From: an uncultured delta proteobacterium
Lineage (GTDB): Bacteria > Desulfobacterota > Syntrophia > Syntrophales > Smithellaceae
Length of the DNA: 64,000 bases
NCBI GenBank assembly: GCA_963753975.1
Contig: CAVWEH010000005.1
Span: 384,001 to 448,000 of the forward strand
Direction of reading: 5' to 3'
Shown here: positions 1 to 10,191 of the stretch, piece after piece
Layout: the number at the start of each line of letters is the position of its first letter
Position numbering within the stretch: position 1 is the first letter of the stretch
Translations under genes and position numbers: made by a program
Notes under the pieces: model-generated
What the model saw: only the letters and a program-made list of their open reading frames with translations
Databases searched by the model: none
What the model was told of the DNA's origin: nothing

Positions 1-69
1 TATATCGATCATCTCTGTCCGCGAATTCGTCCGAACATTGATTTCTTTCATAATAATTTTACTGGAAAA

Positions 70-741
70 CTAAGAAGATTCTTTGATTGCCTGATAAACA
101 TCGACGATAATTTGTTGGGAAATAATCTTCAATGCTTGGCTCATTGCCTGGCAGTAGCCGCGGGGTGTTTGTTCGGTCAATAACTCTTCCCAGTGGTATT
201 TTTTTTGAAAAATTATACGCTTATTCGCTTCCACCTGGTTAGAATTTTTCAATGTTATCTCCAAACTGATGACGGCAATCTTGCTGTTTTTTTCTATACG
301 CAAGAAAAATTCTCCAATACCGCCCTCGAGAATAAAATCGGCGGCTTCCACGGTATAGCGGGAAAATACTGCATGAAAAAGCCCGCTTGCCTGCATATCT
401 CGTAATAAATTGTCTGCTACCATGTCAGCAGGATTCACTGCCCAGCGATTGTAATTAAAAAAATCGAGAGAATATTTATCGGTCCGAAAAATCATATTTT
501 GAGTATTATAGGCGGAAGCAATGGTGAAACGGTTAAGCTTTATTGTTTTATCAAGTTGAGTTTGTTTTTCCGAGGTCGGAGCCTGATAATCCAAGATATA
601 ATATTCAATTTCATAGTCGGGCTTTCCGCCAATTGAGCATGCTTGAATTAAGAGAAAGAAAAAAATGAAACAAATAATTATTAGACTGTAGATTTTCTTC
701 GGTGCCAGATATTTTCCCATTTTGTTTTCCGTAATAATCAT
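70..741 (-). CDS. ABC-type transport auxiliary lipoprotein (PqiC-like)
   Basis: Lipobox-like LIQAC after a hydrophobic stretch; YNRWAVNPADMV motif typical of PqiC/ABC_trans_aux; last gene of the mla-like operon, start overlaps the mlaD stop. Confidence 0.8.
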   Translation of the reverse strand: MIITENKMGKYLAPKKIYSLIIICFIFFFLLIQACSIGGKPDYEIEYYILDYQAPTSEKQTQLDKTIKLNRFTIASAYNTQNMIFRTDKYSLDFFNYNRWAVNPADMVADNLLRDMQASGLFHAVFSRYTVEAADFILEGGIGEFFLRIEKNSKIAVISLEITLKNSNQVEANKRIIFQKKYHWEELLTEQTPRGYCQAMSQALKIISQQIIVDVYQAIKESS

Positions 742-1457
742 TCCATAATTTTTTTAGGCGGCGCTGGCCGTTTAAAAAACAATTCCGATGGATTATCATT
801 TATGCTTTCTGAAAATGCTTGCAGGTTTTCCATGGTTACACGAAGATTTTCCATAGATTTATCTATGTTCGCTGTTGTGGATTCCAGATTGGCCATAATA
901 TTATCAGTATGCTTCCCCCCTAAAAAAGTTTCTACTGCCTTGGTAGTGTTCTTTAACTGCTCAGATAGTCCACCGAAGTCAACTGCTTTTAGGTGTTGCA
1001 TTATCTCGTTCGTATCCGCTAAAAATTGGCTGATTTCGGAACGACGCGAAGGAATGACAGGATAGTCAGGTTCAAAAGTAAGAGCGGGAGAGCTGGATTT
1101 TTCACCCGGTTTAACTTGATCTAATTCAATGAAAACAATTCCGGTAATGCCTGCTGTCCTCAATTGAGTCACCGTACGGCTTTGCAGGTCTTTCGCCAAA
1201 TTGACTTTCATAACTACTTCAATCAATCGGTCATCCGGCGCGACATTAATGCCTTTGACCTTGCCAACTTCCACACCGCGATATTTGACTGCGGAATCCG
1301 CCTGCAGCCCTTGAACCGATTCGTCAAAATATGTAACGTATGTGGAGCCTTTCATAAAAAAGTCGGCTGCGCCTACCCAGATAATGATAACTACGGCAAT
1401 CAGCGTACCGATAATTACAAAAAGACCGATCAAAAATTTGGAAGTTCTACTTGCCAT
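738..1457 (-). CDS. mlaD: MlaD/MCE family protein
   Basis: N-terminal TM, then SVQGLQADSAVKYRGVEVGKV MCE signature; likely start MASRTSK at 1457. Confidence 0.85.
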   Translation of the reverse strand: MASRTSKFLIGLFVIIGTLIAVVIIIWVGAADFFMKGSTYVTYFDESVQGLQADSAVKYRGVEVGKVKGINVAPDDRLIEVVMKVNLAKDLQSRTVTQLRTAGITGIVFIELDQVKPGEKSSSPALTFEPDYPVIPSRRSEISQFLADTNEIMQHLKAVDFGGLSEQLKNTTKAVETFLGGKHTDNIMANLESTTANIDKSMENLRVTMENLQAFSESINDNPSELFFKRPAPPKKIME

Positions 1458-2241
1458 ATGCTGCACTCCGGGAATCAACCTCAGGCAGTTGCCTTAAAAA
1501 AAAGCTGCGTACCCTCGGATCCGTAGCTTTTTCCTTCAAGTCCAGCGGTTTACCTTCGGCAATAATTCCTTTTGCTGTTTTATCCAACATTACTACTCTA
1601 TGGGCGATTTTGCAAATAGATTCTAATTCATGGGTAACAATAACCATTGTCGTTCCCAGCGCTTCATTAGTCTTAATAATTAAGTCATCCAATTCAACTG
1701 CCGTGACAGGATCAAGCCCGGCGGACAGTTCATCAAAAAAAAGCACGATAGGATCAAGAGCCATAGCCCGGGCTATGCCTGCTCTTTTTTTCATTCCGCC
1801 GGATAACTCTGATGGAAAATGATTTTCATACCCGGCCAGATTGACCATACCTAATTTCATTTTGATAATCATATTTATCGTCGCGGAATCAAGGTCGGTA
1901 TATTCCTGCAGAGGCAGGGCGATGTTGTCACTCAATCTCATCGAACTGAATAAAGCGCTGGATTGAAAAAGAACCCCGATATTTTGCCGGTATTCGTTTA
2001 ACTCATCTTCACTCGCGGAAATAATATCTTTGCCGCGAAACATAACTCTGCCTGAGGAAGGCTTTTGCAGTCCAATCATAATTCTTAAAAGTGTCGATTT
2101 GCCGCAACCGCTTTCACCGACAACAACCAATATTTCGCCCTTTTTTACTTGAAAACTTACTCCTTCAAATACAATATTACTGCCAAAGCGGGCGGCTAGA
2201 TTTTCCACAACGAGTATTGGTTTATTGTCCGGCGACTGCAA
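1447..2241 (-). CDS. mlaF: MlaF-type ABC transporter ATP-binding protein
   Basis: Walker A GESGCGKS, signature LSGGMKKRAGIARA, DELSAGLDPVT; between mlaE and mlaD. Confidence 0.85.
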   Translation of the reverse strand: MQSPDNKPILVVENLAARFGSNIVFEGVSFQVKKGEILVVVGESGCGKSTLLRIMIGLQKPSSGRVMFRGKDIISASEDELNEYRQNIGVLFQSSALFSSMRLSDNIALPLQEYTDLDSATINMIIKMKLGMVNLAGYENHFPSELSGGMKKRAGIARAMALDPIVLFFDELSAGLDPVTAVELDDLIIKTNEALGTTMVIVTHELESICKIAHRVVMLDKTAKGIIAEGKPLDLKEKATDPRVRSFFLRQLPEVDSRSAAYGK

Positions 2242-2252
2242 AAATTATTCCT

Positions 2253-3404
2253 TCATTTTATGTAATATAATGTAACCGCGAAAATTGAATCCGCCACAAC
2301 GATAAGAAAAATTGCGGAAACGACCGCGGAAGTGGTAAATTTCCCCACGTCCTGTGCCCCGGCGCGAACCTGAAATCCTCTTTGACAGCCAATCCCGGCG
2401 ATAAGTCCGGCAAAAACAGCGGCTTTAACCAGACTGGTTACTATATCAAACACTTTAATGGTTTTTATGGATTGCGTGAGATACGTATTTGCTGTGAGAT
2501 CCAGGCCGGTTACACCGACAATCAAACCGCCGAAAACACCGAAAAAATCAGCATAGATTGTTAAAATGGGAACTACTATTACCATCGCAAAAACCTTGGG
2601 TATAGTCAACAAGCGAACGGCATCAAAGCCCATAGTGTTTAGAGCATCAACTTCTTCGTTGACCACCATGGTGCCGATTTCCGCGGCAAAGGCCGATCCG
2701 GAGCGGCCGGCAACCAAGATGGCCGTCATAATAGGGCCAAGTTCCTTGACCATTGCAAAACTAACAAGGGAAGGAACATAAATATTGGCGCCGACTTGTT
2801 TTAGCTGTAAAAAGGACATAAAGGCAATAATAAGCCCGATCAACACGCTGATTAGTCCGACAATCGGCAAACCATCTACTCCGGCGCGTTTCATGTAAAA
2901 AAGAACATCTTTGATTCTCAAGGACTGCGGATGAATAATAGTATAAAAAATGTCGAATAATAGTTCACCGACAAACGTTACAACGTTCTCAATATCACGG
3001 ACAAAATGCAAAAATGATTCTCCGACCTGGATCAAAAAGAGGTCTTGTCGCGTTTTAGCTTTAAAAGGAGTTTTAGTCAGGGCCTGTTCATGAATAACGC
3101 TGAAAATTCCTTTTGCTTCTTTATTCAAATTAATCAAAGAGCAATTAATATGGACAACGGCCGTATCCTTTTGGATTTGAATAATGCCTAAAGCCGCGGC
3201 ACTATCCAAATACGATATGCCGGAAAAGTCTATGCTGATTTCTTGGGGTTTTTGCGTATAGATCAGTTGCTTGATTTCTTCAGTAAAGGCCTTTAAATTT
3301 TTTAGCCCGAAGTCTCCTGCGAGATAAATAATAAGGATCGAGTTCTTTTTTTCGGACGATATCTTGTAAAGCTTTGACCAATCCTGTTCGCTTTGCATAA
3401 ACAT
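2253..3404 (-). CDS. mlaE: MlaE family permease with N-terminal STAS domain
   Basis: IDFSGISYLDSAAA STAS motif; ELGPIMTAILVAGRSGSAFAAEIGTM MlaE signature. The ORF-track start at 3467 lies inside a repeat element; ATG 3404 or 3398 is more likely. Confidence 0.85.
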   Translation of the reverse strand: MFMQSEQDWSKLYKISSEKKNSILIIYLAGDFGLKNLKAFTEEIKQLIYTQKPQEISIDFSGISYLDSAAALGIIQIQKDTAVVHINCSLINLNKEAKGIFSVIHEQALTKTPFKAKTRQDLFLIQVGESFLHFVRDIENVVTFVGELLFDIFYTIIHPQSLRIKDVLFYMKRAGVDGLPIVGLISVLIGLIIAFMSFLQLKQVGANIYVPSLVSFAMVKELGPIMTAILVAGRSGSAFAAEIGTMVVNEEVDALNTMGFDAVRLLTIPKVFAMVIVVPILTIYADFFGVFGGLIVGVTGLDLTANTYLTQSIKTIKVFDIVTSLVKAAVFAGLIAGIGCQRGFQVRAGAQDVGKFTTSAVVSAIFLIVVADSIFAVTLYYIK

Positions 3405-3448
3405 CAATTTGAGGGTTAAGTGGAAAAGATATTTTTTAAAGACAAATA

Positions 3449-3560
3449 TTGAAGTTCTCTGCGGCAACCCGCTGAGAATCTCCGATTCTTAAGGAAAAAT
3501 AGATTCAATATTCGCTCGCTAACCCCGTGGCAAGCCACGGGGCCTGCGCTCGCTGCCGAA
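3449..3560 (-). mobile_element. Non-autonomous IS200/IS605-like palindromic element, copy 1
   Basis: Homologous, inverted, to 44413-44523; two hairpins; on the minus strand it follows TGAA and ends TTCAA. Confidence 0.7.
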
Positions 3561-3842
3561 TTCAAAATATTTAATGCTAATTAACGCTTTCACCGCAATT
3601 TTGTCAATGCTAAATTGAGCTGTGCCGTCTGCAATATGTTTCACATTTCGTTCAACGGTTTTTAATATTTCATTGAAAGAAAGTGGGGAAAGGCGAAGAT
3701 TACTGCAAGACAGCTAGGAGAAACAATTGATAATTGGCATGTATTATCATCTATTTACAATTATTGAGAGGAATTATTGATATTTTGGCATGATCCTTCC
3801 ATTAATATAAAGGCAATTAAACTCAAAGGGAGGTAACAGATC

Positions 3843-4118
3843 ATGAAAAAGACATTAGGAACAATGATGGTAGCGGCAGTGGTTGTCCTTTTAACCGCAA
3901 CTTTCTCTTTTGCCGAATACGCGGCAGGTGAAACGGGTGCTTTCCCCTATTTCCAGCTGGGCTGCTTAATCGTCGGCGGTTTGATTGTGGTTTCTTTAAA
4001 ACGCAAATATGACAAGATGTATACTACGGAAGCAGTCGGTGTCTTCGCTCTTTATACCATCTTGATGGCGCTGTTCACCAATCCGGTGATCGAAGCAGTG
4101 AAGACCATCGTCAGCTAA
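3843..4118 (+). CDS. Small hypothetical membrane protein (signal peptide plus 2 TM)
   Basis: Strong SD GGAGG, signal-like N-terminus ending FSFA, two hydrophobic segments. Confidence 0.7.
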   Translation: MKKTLGTMMVAAVVVLLTATFSFAEYAAGETGAFPYFQLGCLIVGGLIVVSLKRKYDKMYTTEAVGVFALYTILMALFTNPVIEAVKTIVS

Positions 4119-4185
4119 GAGGAAAAAAGTATCGGTATCGGGCTACTCAATGAAGGTAGCCCGGCCAGGGAAGGAGGAACGGATA

Positions 4186-4425
4186 ATGCAGGCAGCGCAC
4201 AAAACACAATGGGAGCAATACATGGGTTTCGGTTCGATTTTGATGCTTTCGGCCTGGGGATTCGCGATGGTGATTGCTTCTTTCCTGTTCCTCTACATTG
4301 GACATTTACTGGACGGTATTTTCGGCACTGCGCCTAACTTCATGCTGGGTCTCTTCTTCCTCGCTATTTTCCTCAGTGTAATGAGGCTCTATCAGGAAGC
4401 CTGGAAAAAAAGAAAAGATGTTTAG
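4186..4425 (+). CDS. AtpZ/AtpI (ATPase gene1) family small membrane protein
   Basis: IGHLLDGIFGTAPNF matches the G-x2-LD-x3-GT-x-P pattern of this family; SD AAGGAGG before ATG 4186. Confidence 0.65.
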   Translation: MQAAHKTQWEQYMGFGSILMLSAWGFAMVIASFLFLYIGHLLDGIFGTAPNFMLGLFFLAIFLSVMRLYQEAWKKRKDV

Positions 4426-4464
4426 CCTTCAATACTAACATTAAATCATGATCTGCTAATATAT

Positions 4465-4502
4465 ACCCCCCCTTAAGACCAAGGCCTTAAGGGGGTTTTT
4501 TA
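4465..4502 (+). terminator. Intrinsic terminator
   Basis: CCCCCTTAAG...CTTAAGGGGG stem followed by a T run, downstream of 4425. Confidence 0.85.
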
Positions 4503-4718
4503 TGATTTTTTTCAATTCTTTCGTGGACAAAAAATCCGGAAAATCTCTGTGGACAAATCAAAAATAACACATATAATAATCGAGATTATTTTATTAAAGT
4601 CGAATAATTAGGCAGTAGAAAAAATAAGTATCTTTACCCAAGGAATTGAATTTTTCACGACAAAATTACTGTAGATGTTGCTAGAAAAAACGGCAATTAA
4701 AAAATAGGAGAATGGGGG

Positions 4719-5057
4719 ATGAAGATTAAACAAAATATTTTTTTAGCATTTCTTATTATCGCGGCTGTATTTTTAATTGTGGGATGTGCGGATAGGTCGA
4801 AAGAATTGCTGGCTGAGGATTTTAAGAAAATGGGGAATGAGGATCTCCTTCGCTACTTTTATCGCCTGAACGATGAAATCGAAAGCCAGGAGAAACAATC
4901 GGGACCACAAGTCGGTATCGGATTCGGCAGTTTTGGAGGCGGAGTTGGCAGCGGTGTCGGCGTCGCTACCGGGGGCACCGGATACACAGCCGAAGACTTA
5001 AGGGCACGCCGAATCGATGTCCGGCTAGAGTTAAAAAGACGGGGATTGAATCCATAA
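4719..5057 (+). CDS. Hypothetical lipoprotein, Gly-rich
   Basis: Lipobox LIVGC; GIGFGSFGGGVGSGVGV motif. Confidence 0.7.
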   Translation: MKIKQNIFLAFLIIAAVFLIVGCADRSKELLAEDFKKMGNEDLLRYFYRLNDEIESQEKQSGPQVGIGFGSFGGGVGSGVGVATGGTGYTAEDLRARRIDVRLELKRRGLNP

Positions 5058-5194
5058 ATTAGCGAAACGCTTTGTCTCCTTCATTTCGTTAATTTCCCTG
5101 CCTCTAAAATCGATCCGAAAAATAGCCTTTACAGAATCGTTTTCTGTGAGGATCTGTTATTGCGTTTATCTAACTGTATCCGGAGGATAGATTT

Positions 5195-6511
5195 TTGAAA
5201 GAAGCGAACAAAAGTGGAAAGCCAAGAGTCGTTGTTATCGGTGCTGGATTCGGCGGATTATGGGCAGCCCGCACTCTGGCGCAGGGAAACGTTGATGTCC
5301 TTGTTATCGATAGAAACAACTATCACACTTTTCTTGCCCTTCTGTATCAGGTAGCCGCCGCCGAATTGGAGGCGGAGGATATTGCCTATCCCGTCCGCAG
5401 TATCTTCTGGAAACATTCCAATATAGATTTTATTTTAGCTTACGCCCGTCGTATTGATTTGCAAAATCGCTTAATCATTACCGATGGAGAGTCCATTTCT
5501 TACGATTATCTGATTTTGGCGACAGGAAGCATCAGCTACTCTTTCAATCTGCCGGGAGTGGCAGAAAATGCTTTTTGTCTAAAGACACTGGAAGAAGCCG
5601 TTGCCTTAAAAAATCATATAATTTGCTGTTTTGAGGCTGCCACGCGGGAGGAAGACAAGGCCCAACGCGAAAGCCTGCTTACATTTGTCATTGTCGGCGG
5701 CGGAGCCACGGGAGTGGAATACGCCGGAGCGCTTTCCGAACTAATTCACGGCCCTCTGGTTAAAGACTACCGGGGAGTCAATTTTCAATCCGTCCGGATT
5801 ATTCTTCTAGAGGCGGCAGACGGATTGGTCGCTAATATGCCTCTATCCGTGCGCACCTATACATTGGAGAAGCTCCAGAAGATGGGTGTTGAGGTGCACT
5901 TGGAAGCAAAGGTCAGGGAAGTAACACCGGACACGGTTCTTCTGAACGGTCAGAATAATATTGCGGCCCAAACAGTCGTCTGGACCGCAGGTGTGAGAGG
6001 AGAACCTCTGGCTGAACTATCTTGTGTTTCCACAGGACGTGACGGACGGGTCCCCGTTCGGGATACTTTGCAGGTGCCGGAGCACCCGGAAATTTACGTA
6101 ATTGGTGACTTGGCTTCCATCAAGGAAAATAGTCAAATTTTACCGATGGTTGCACAGGTGGCTATCCAATCCGGAGTTAGCGCCGCGCAAAATATTCTAC
6201 GGCAAATCGCCGGACAAACTCCTCAGCCTTTTCGTTACCGCGACCGCGGCTCAATGATCACCATTGGCCGCAAATCGGCCGGAGTGGCCATTAGTAGAAG
6301 AACTTACACCGGGTTTTTCGCTTGGCTTCTCTGGCTCGTTATTCATCTTTTCAACCTTATCGGGTTTCGCAACCGGATGATGGTGCTTATCAATTGGGCG
6401 TGGGATTATCTGCTCTATGAAAGAGCCGTTCGCTTCGTCTTCCCCTCGGAAATGCCCGGCCTTTCCAAATCATCTTCGTGTTTCCGCAATAATGGAAAAG
6501 CGATAACTTAA
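5195..6511 (+). CDS. ndh: Type II NADH dehydrogenase (NDH-2)
   Basis: GAGFGG FAD site, LLYQVA, GGGATGVEYAG NAD site, WTAGV, IGD, AQVAIQ, C-terminal WLLWLVIHL..LIGFRNR. Confidence 0.88.
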   Translation: MKEANKSGKPRVVVIGAGFGGLWAARTLAQGNVDVLVIDRNNYHTFLALLYQVAAAELEAEDIAYPVRSIFWKHSNIDFILAYARRIDLQNRLIITDGESISYDYLILATGSISYSFNLPGVAENAFCLKTLEEAVALKNHIICCFEAATREEDKAQRESLLTFVIVGGGATGVEYAGALSELIHGPLVKDYRGVNFQSVRIILLEAADGLVANMPLSVRTYTLEKLQKMGVEVHLEAKVREVTPDTVLLNGQNNIAAQTVVWTAGVRGEPLAELSCVSTGRDGRVPVRDTLQVPEHPEIYVIGDLASIKENSQILPMVAQVAIQSGVSAAQNILRQIAGQTPQPFRYRDRGSMITIGRKSAGVAISRRTYTGFFAWLLWLVIHLFNLIGFRNRMMVLINWAWDYLLYERAVRFVFPSEMPGLSKSSSCFRNNGKAIT

Positions 6512-6518
6512 ACCTATG

Positions 6519-6547
6519 AAAAGAAAGAGCGCTTCACGAAGCCCTCT
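6519..6547 (-). terminator. Probable terminator of the serS-tRNA transcript
   Basis: Minus strand AGAGGGCTTC-GT-GAAGCGCTCT (one mismatch) then TTCTTTT, just after tRNA-Arg. Confidence 0.5.
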
Positions 6548-6558
6548 CTATTGTTTCC

Positions 6559-6635
6559 TGGCGCGCCCAGGAGGATTCGAACCTCCGACATCCAGATTCG
6601 TAGTCTGGCGCTCTATCCAGCTGAGCCATGGGCGC
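6559..6635 (-). tRNA. tRNA-Arg (anticodon ACG)
   Basis: Reverse complement GCGCCCATGGCTCAGCTGGATAGAGCGCCAGACTACGAATCTGG...GGTTCGAATCC...GCGCCA; 77 nt with CCA. Confidence 0.97.
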
Positions 6636-6724
6636 GAGATATATTATAAATTTTTCCGGCAGTCATATAACACATGACTACCGCTCCGGCAATCTCTGCC
6701 GCGGGAAATAGAATTAAATTAAAC

Positions 6725-6819
6725 TGGCGGAGAGAGCGGGATTTGAACCCGCGGTACACCTTTTACGGGCGTACAATCGCTTAGCAGGCGATCGCTTTCG
6801 GCCACTCAGCCATCTCTCC
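6725..6819 (-). tRNA. tRNA-Ser (anticodon GCT)
   Basis: GGAGAGATGGCTGAGTGGCCGAAAGCGATCGCCTGCTAAGCGATT, long variable arm, GGTTCAAATCC, GCCA end. Confidence 0.97.
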
Positions 6820-6886
6820 GCTTTTTATTCAGCCGATATTTAAAAATAAGGCGTCAGTTGAAGCTGTGACGCATTTTACAATTTAC

Positions 6887-6972
6887 TGGCGGAGGGAGCA
6901 GGATTCGAACCCGCGAACCTTTCGGTCAACGGTTTTCAAGACCGCCGCCTTCGACCTCTCGGCCATCCCTCC
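6887..6972 (-). tRNA. tRNA-Ser (anticodon TGA)
   Basis: GGAGGGATGGCCGAGAGGTCGAAGGCGGCGGTCTTGAAAACCGTT, variable arm, GGTTCGAATCC, GCCA end. Confidence 0.97.
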
Positions 6973-7013
6973 ATGCAAAATAGTTTTTTTGTATCTACTT
7001 ATATATATTATTG

Positions 7014-8288
7014 TTATGGTGCGATTCTGTTAGCACCCTTCATATAAGACTGCAGCGCTTGCGGAATCAAAACAGAACCGTCAGCCTGTTGATAATTCTC
7101 CAAAATGGCCACCACAGTTCTACCTACGGCCAGACCAGAACCATTTAACGTGTGAACAAATTCCACCTTACCGCTTTTTTCCCGGCGAAAACGGATTGAG
7201 GCCCGGCGCGCCTGAAAATCTTCAAAGTTACTGCAGGATGAAATTTCACGATACACATTTTGCCCCGGCATCCAGGCTTCTACATCGTAAGTCTTAGCGG
7301 AAGAAAACCCCAAATCTGCAGTGCAAAGAGTTACCGTACGATGATGGATACCCAACCTCTTGAGCACTTCTTCCGCATTGGCGGTTAATTTTTCCAGTTC
7401 ATCATAAGATGTTTCGGGCTTAGTGAACTTGACCATTTCCACCTTGTTAAACTGATGCTGGCGAATCAAGCCCCGCGTATCCTTGCCGTAAGAGCCCGCT
7501 TCCGACCGAAAGCATGGGGAATAGGCTACATAATAAATCGGTAGTTTGTTTTCCTCCAATATTTCATCGCGGAAAATGTTTGTCACGGGAACTTCGGCAG
7601 TCGGAATCAAAAAATAATCCATTCCTTCAATCTTAAAAAGATCTTCGGCAAATTTCGGCAATTGGCCGGTGCCGGTCATACTTTCCCGGTTAACCATGAA
7701 TGGCGTCAGCACTTCGGTATAACTGTGTTCGCCTGTATGCAAATCGAGCATGAAGTTGATCAATGCCCGCTCCAGCGTGGCGGCTAATCCTCGATATAAT
7801 GTGAAACGCGCTCCGGCTATTTTTGCGCCGCGGGCAAAATCAAGAATATTCAAGCTCTCCCCGATATCCCAGTGAGCTTTCGGCTCAAAAGCAAAAGACG
7901 GCTTTTTCCCCCAACTGCGCAGGATGGGATTATCGTCCGGGCCCCCACCGATGGGCACTGATTCATGTTGAATATTGGGAATGATCAACACAAAGTTATT
8001 AAGTTCTTCTTCGGTAATTTTTAAGTTCTCATCAAGCTCTTTGATTTTAGCCGAAACTTCACTCATCTTGGCAATCAATGCTGACGCATCGGCTTTCTTT
8101 TTCTTGAGTTCGCCGATTTTTTTGGAAGCGTCATTGCGCTCGTTGCGCAGTGTTTCTACTGCCAGTAAAATATCCCTTCTTTTTGTGTCCAGACGTAAGA
8201 AGCGGCCAAAATCAATTGACTGGCCTCTCTCCTTCATCTTCTGACTCACGAACTCGATGTTTTGCCTTAAGCACTTAATATCCAACAT
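7014..8288 (-). CDS. serS: Serine--tRNA ligase
   Basis: MLDIK start, [52 protein letters not shown]. Confidence 0.98.
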   Translation of the reverse strand: MLDIKCLRQNIEFVSQKMKERGQSIDFGRFLRLDTKRRDILLAVETLRNERNDASKKIGELKKKKADASALIAKMSEVSAKIKELDENLKITEEELNNFVLIIPNIQHESVPIGGGPDDNPILRSWGKKPSFAFEPKAHWDIGESLNILDFARGAKIAGARFTLYRGLAATLERALINFMLDLHTGEHSYTEVLTPFMVNRESMTGTGQLPKFAEDLFKIEGMDYFLIPTAEVPVTNIFRDEILEENKLPIYYVAYSPCFRSEAGSYGKDTRGLIRQHQFNKVEMVKFTKPETSYDELEKLTANAEEVLKRLGIHHRTVTLCTADLGFSSAKTYDVEAWMPGQNVYREISSCSNFEDFQARRASIRFRREKSGKVEFVHTLNGSGLAVGRTVVAILENYQQADGSVLIPQALQSYMKGANRIAP

Positions 8289-8388
8289 AATATTCCCTAC
8301 AAATAAAAGCGGTGACGCTCGTCCAAAAGACGAAGACCACTATCACTTTGAGCTTATGAAGTCAATAATTTTGTCCACTAAATCAATA

Positions 8389-9972
8389 CTATTGACGGGT
8401 AAACCTTTTCTTCAACTCTCTGATGATGCCGTAAATCTCCGGGCTTTTTAAAAGATATGAGCAGATAAAAAATGCAGACCCGCCCACGGCAATCGAAACG
8501 ATAAGGTAAAGCAGCCGCTCTTTAAAATGCGCCCCCGTATTCCAGGGCAGGAAAAAATCAATCAGTATTAATACTGCCAGCATTACCAATGAGGAAATGA
8601 TTATTTTGACGATGGATGAATAAAAGACACGGTCTAAAAATGTCCCGATTCTTTTCTTCAAAACAACAGATAGAATTATAACATTAACCGTTGCCGCCAG
8701 CGAATTGGCCAGAGCCAGACCATTATGCGCTAAAGGGTACATTAAAGCCAGGCTGGCTACTAAGTTGACTATAAATGTGATTATAGCGGCCTTCATCGGC
8801 CATTTAGAGTCCTGCAATGAGAAAAAAATGGAGATGATTACGCGGACAACGGAAAACGCCCATAAACCCAAGGTATAACAAAACAATGCTTGAGAGGTTA
8901 AAACCGCTGCTTTTTCATCAAAGGCGCCCCGTTGAAACAAAACGGAAATAATCGGTAAGTGCAGAACCATTAACGCAACCGTGGCGGGAATTGTCACGAA
9001 AAGTATCAACCGCAGGGAAAAAGATAAGCTTGATTTTAATTCCGCTAGATTTTCGTTGGCAACATGCCTGGAGAAACTGGGCAGAGTAGCTGTTCCAATG
9101 GCTACGGCAAAAATCCCCAAGGGCAACTCCATAATCCGGTCGGCGTAGTAGAGATAGGAAACACTGCCTTTGGATAAAAATGAGGCAAGAACTGTTCCCA
9201 CGAGCACATTGATTGTGTTTACCGCAGCAGCTAAAATAGCCGGCAGCATCAAGGCGGTGATTTGTTTAATTCCGGGATGTTGCCAACCTAATTTGAATTT
9301 CAATTTTACTTTAAATTTCAATAGGAATGGCCACTGCAGTGCCAATTGCAGCAAGCCACCGATCATTACACCCATAGCCAGCGCCGTAATGGGCTGCGCA
9401 AAAAAGTTGCGGAAGCACAATGCAGCTACGATCATGGAGATGTTTAAAATAACAGGCGACAGCGCGGGAGCGGCAAAATGCCGGAAAGAATTTAGAATGC
9501 CCATGCATAAAGCCGCCAGGGACATAAAGAAAATGTAGGGAAACATCAAGCGGTTCAAAAAAACCGCCAGGGCGAATTGATCAGGTGTGTTTATAAAACC
9601 CGGTGCATTCAAAGCAACTATAAGCGGTGAGAATAAAACACCAAGTATGGAAATGATCACTAAAACTATAGACAATAAGGTAAAGGCTATATTGGCCAAT
9701 TCCAGAGCTTCTTTATTTGATTTTGTTTGGAGATACTCGGTAAACACGGGAATAAAAGAAACGGTAAGCGATCCTTCGCCAAGCAATCTTCTTAAAAGAT
9801 TGGGAATACGAAAAGCGACTAAAAAAGCATCATAGATCCAACCGGCACCGAAAATAGCGGCAATAACAATATCACGGATGAGACCGAATACCCGGCTCAA
9901 CATTGTGGATATTCCCACAATTCCCGCGGCTTTGGCTACATGTGAATTTTCTGAATTACTTTCCTGGTCCAT
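8389..9972 (-). CDS. murJ: Lipid II flippase MurJ (MviN)
   Basis: SRVFGLIRD, AFRIPNLLRRLLGEG, YADRIMELPLGIF motifs; many TM segments. Confidence 0.95.
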   Translation of the reverse strand: MDQESNSENSHVAKAAGIVGISTMLSRVFGLIRDIVIAAIFGAGWIYDAFLVAFRIPNLLRRLLGEGSLTVSFIPVFTEYLQTKSNKEALELANIAFTLLSIVLVIISILGVLFSPLIVALNAPGFINTPDQFALAVFLNRLMFPYIFFMSLAALCMGILNSFRHFAAPALSPVILNISMIVAALCFRNFFAQPITALAMGVMIGGLLQLALQWPFLLKFKVKLKFKLGWQHPGIKQITALMLPAILAAAVNTINVLVGTVLASFLSKGSVSYLYYADRIMELPLGIFAVAIGTATLPSFSRHVANENLAELKSSLSFSLRLILFVTIPATVALMVLHLPIISVLFQRGAFDEKAAVLTSQALFCYTLGLWAFSVVRVIISIFFSLQDSKWPMKAAIITFIVNLVASLALMYPLAHNGLALANSLAATVNVIILSVVLKKRIGTFLDRVFYSSIVKIIISSLVMLAVLILIDFFLPWNTGAHFKERLLYLIVSIAVGGSAFFICSYLLKSPEIYGIIRELKKRFTRQ

Positions 9973-10130
9973 AGTGATTCAATCTACTATTTCTGTAAAA
10001 GTAGGGCAATTTTCAATTGATCATACACTGACAGTAAATTCTGTGGAAGAAAAATATTACAAAAAATTATTCAAACACTTTAATATGATTCGAAACTAAG
10101 AAACATTACTTAAAACAAGTAAAGCTAAAT

Positions 10131-10167
10131 AAAAAAAGGCGGCGCTGATATATCAGAACCGCCTTTT
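10131..10167 (-). terminator. Intrinsic terminator of the ABC/CoA-transferase operon
   Basis: Minus strand AAAAGGCGGTTCTGATATATCAGCGCCGCCTTTTTTT. Confidence 0.75.
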
Positions 10168-10191
10168 AAAATTCAAATAGCTAACTTGTGT

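Noticed and set aside
3785..3800. Sigma-54 promoter TTGGCATGATCCTTCC upstream of 3843
   Set aside because: The -24 box fits, but the -12 element reads TTCC instead of TTGC; insufficient support.
6887..6972. Selenocysteine or suppressor tRNA
   Set aside because: The anticodon is TGA (reads UCA, Ser); tRNA-Sec would have anticodon TCA.
6500..7000. Prophage or island integrated at the tRNA cluster
   Set aside because: No integrase and no duplicated tRNA 3' end seen in the window.
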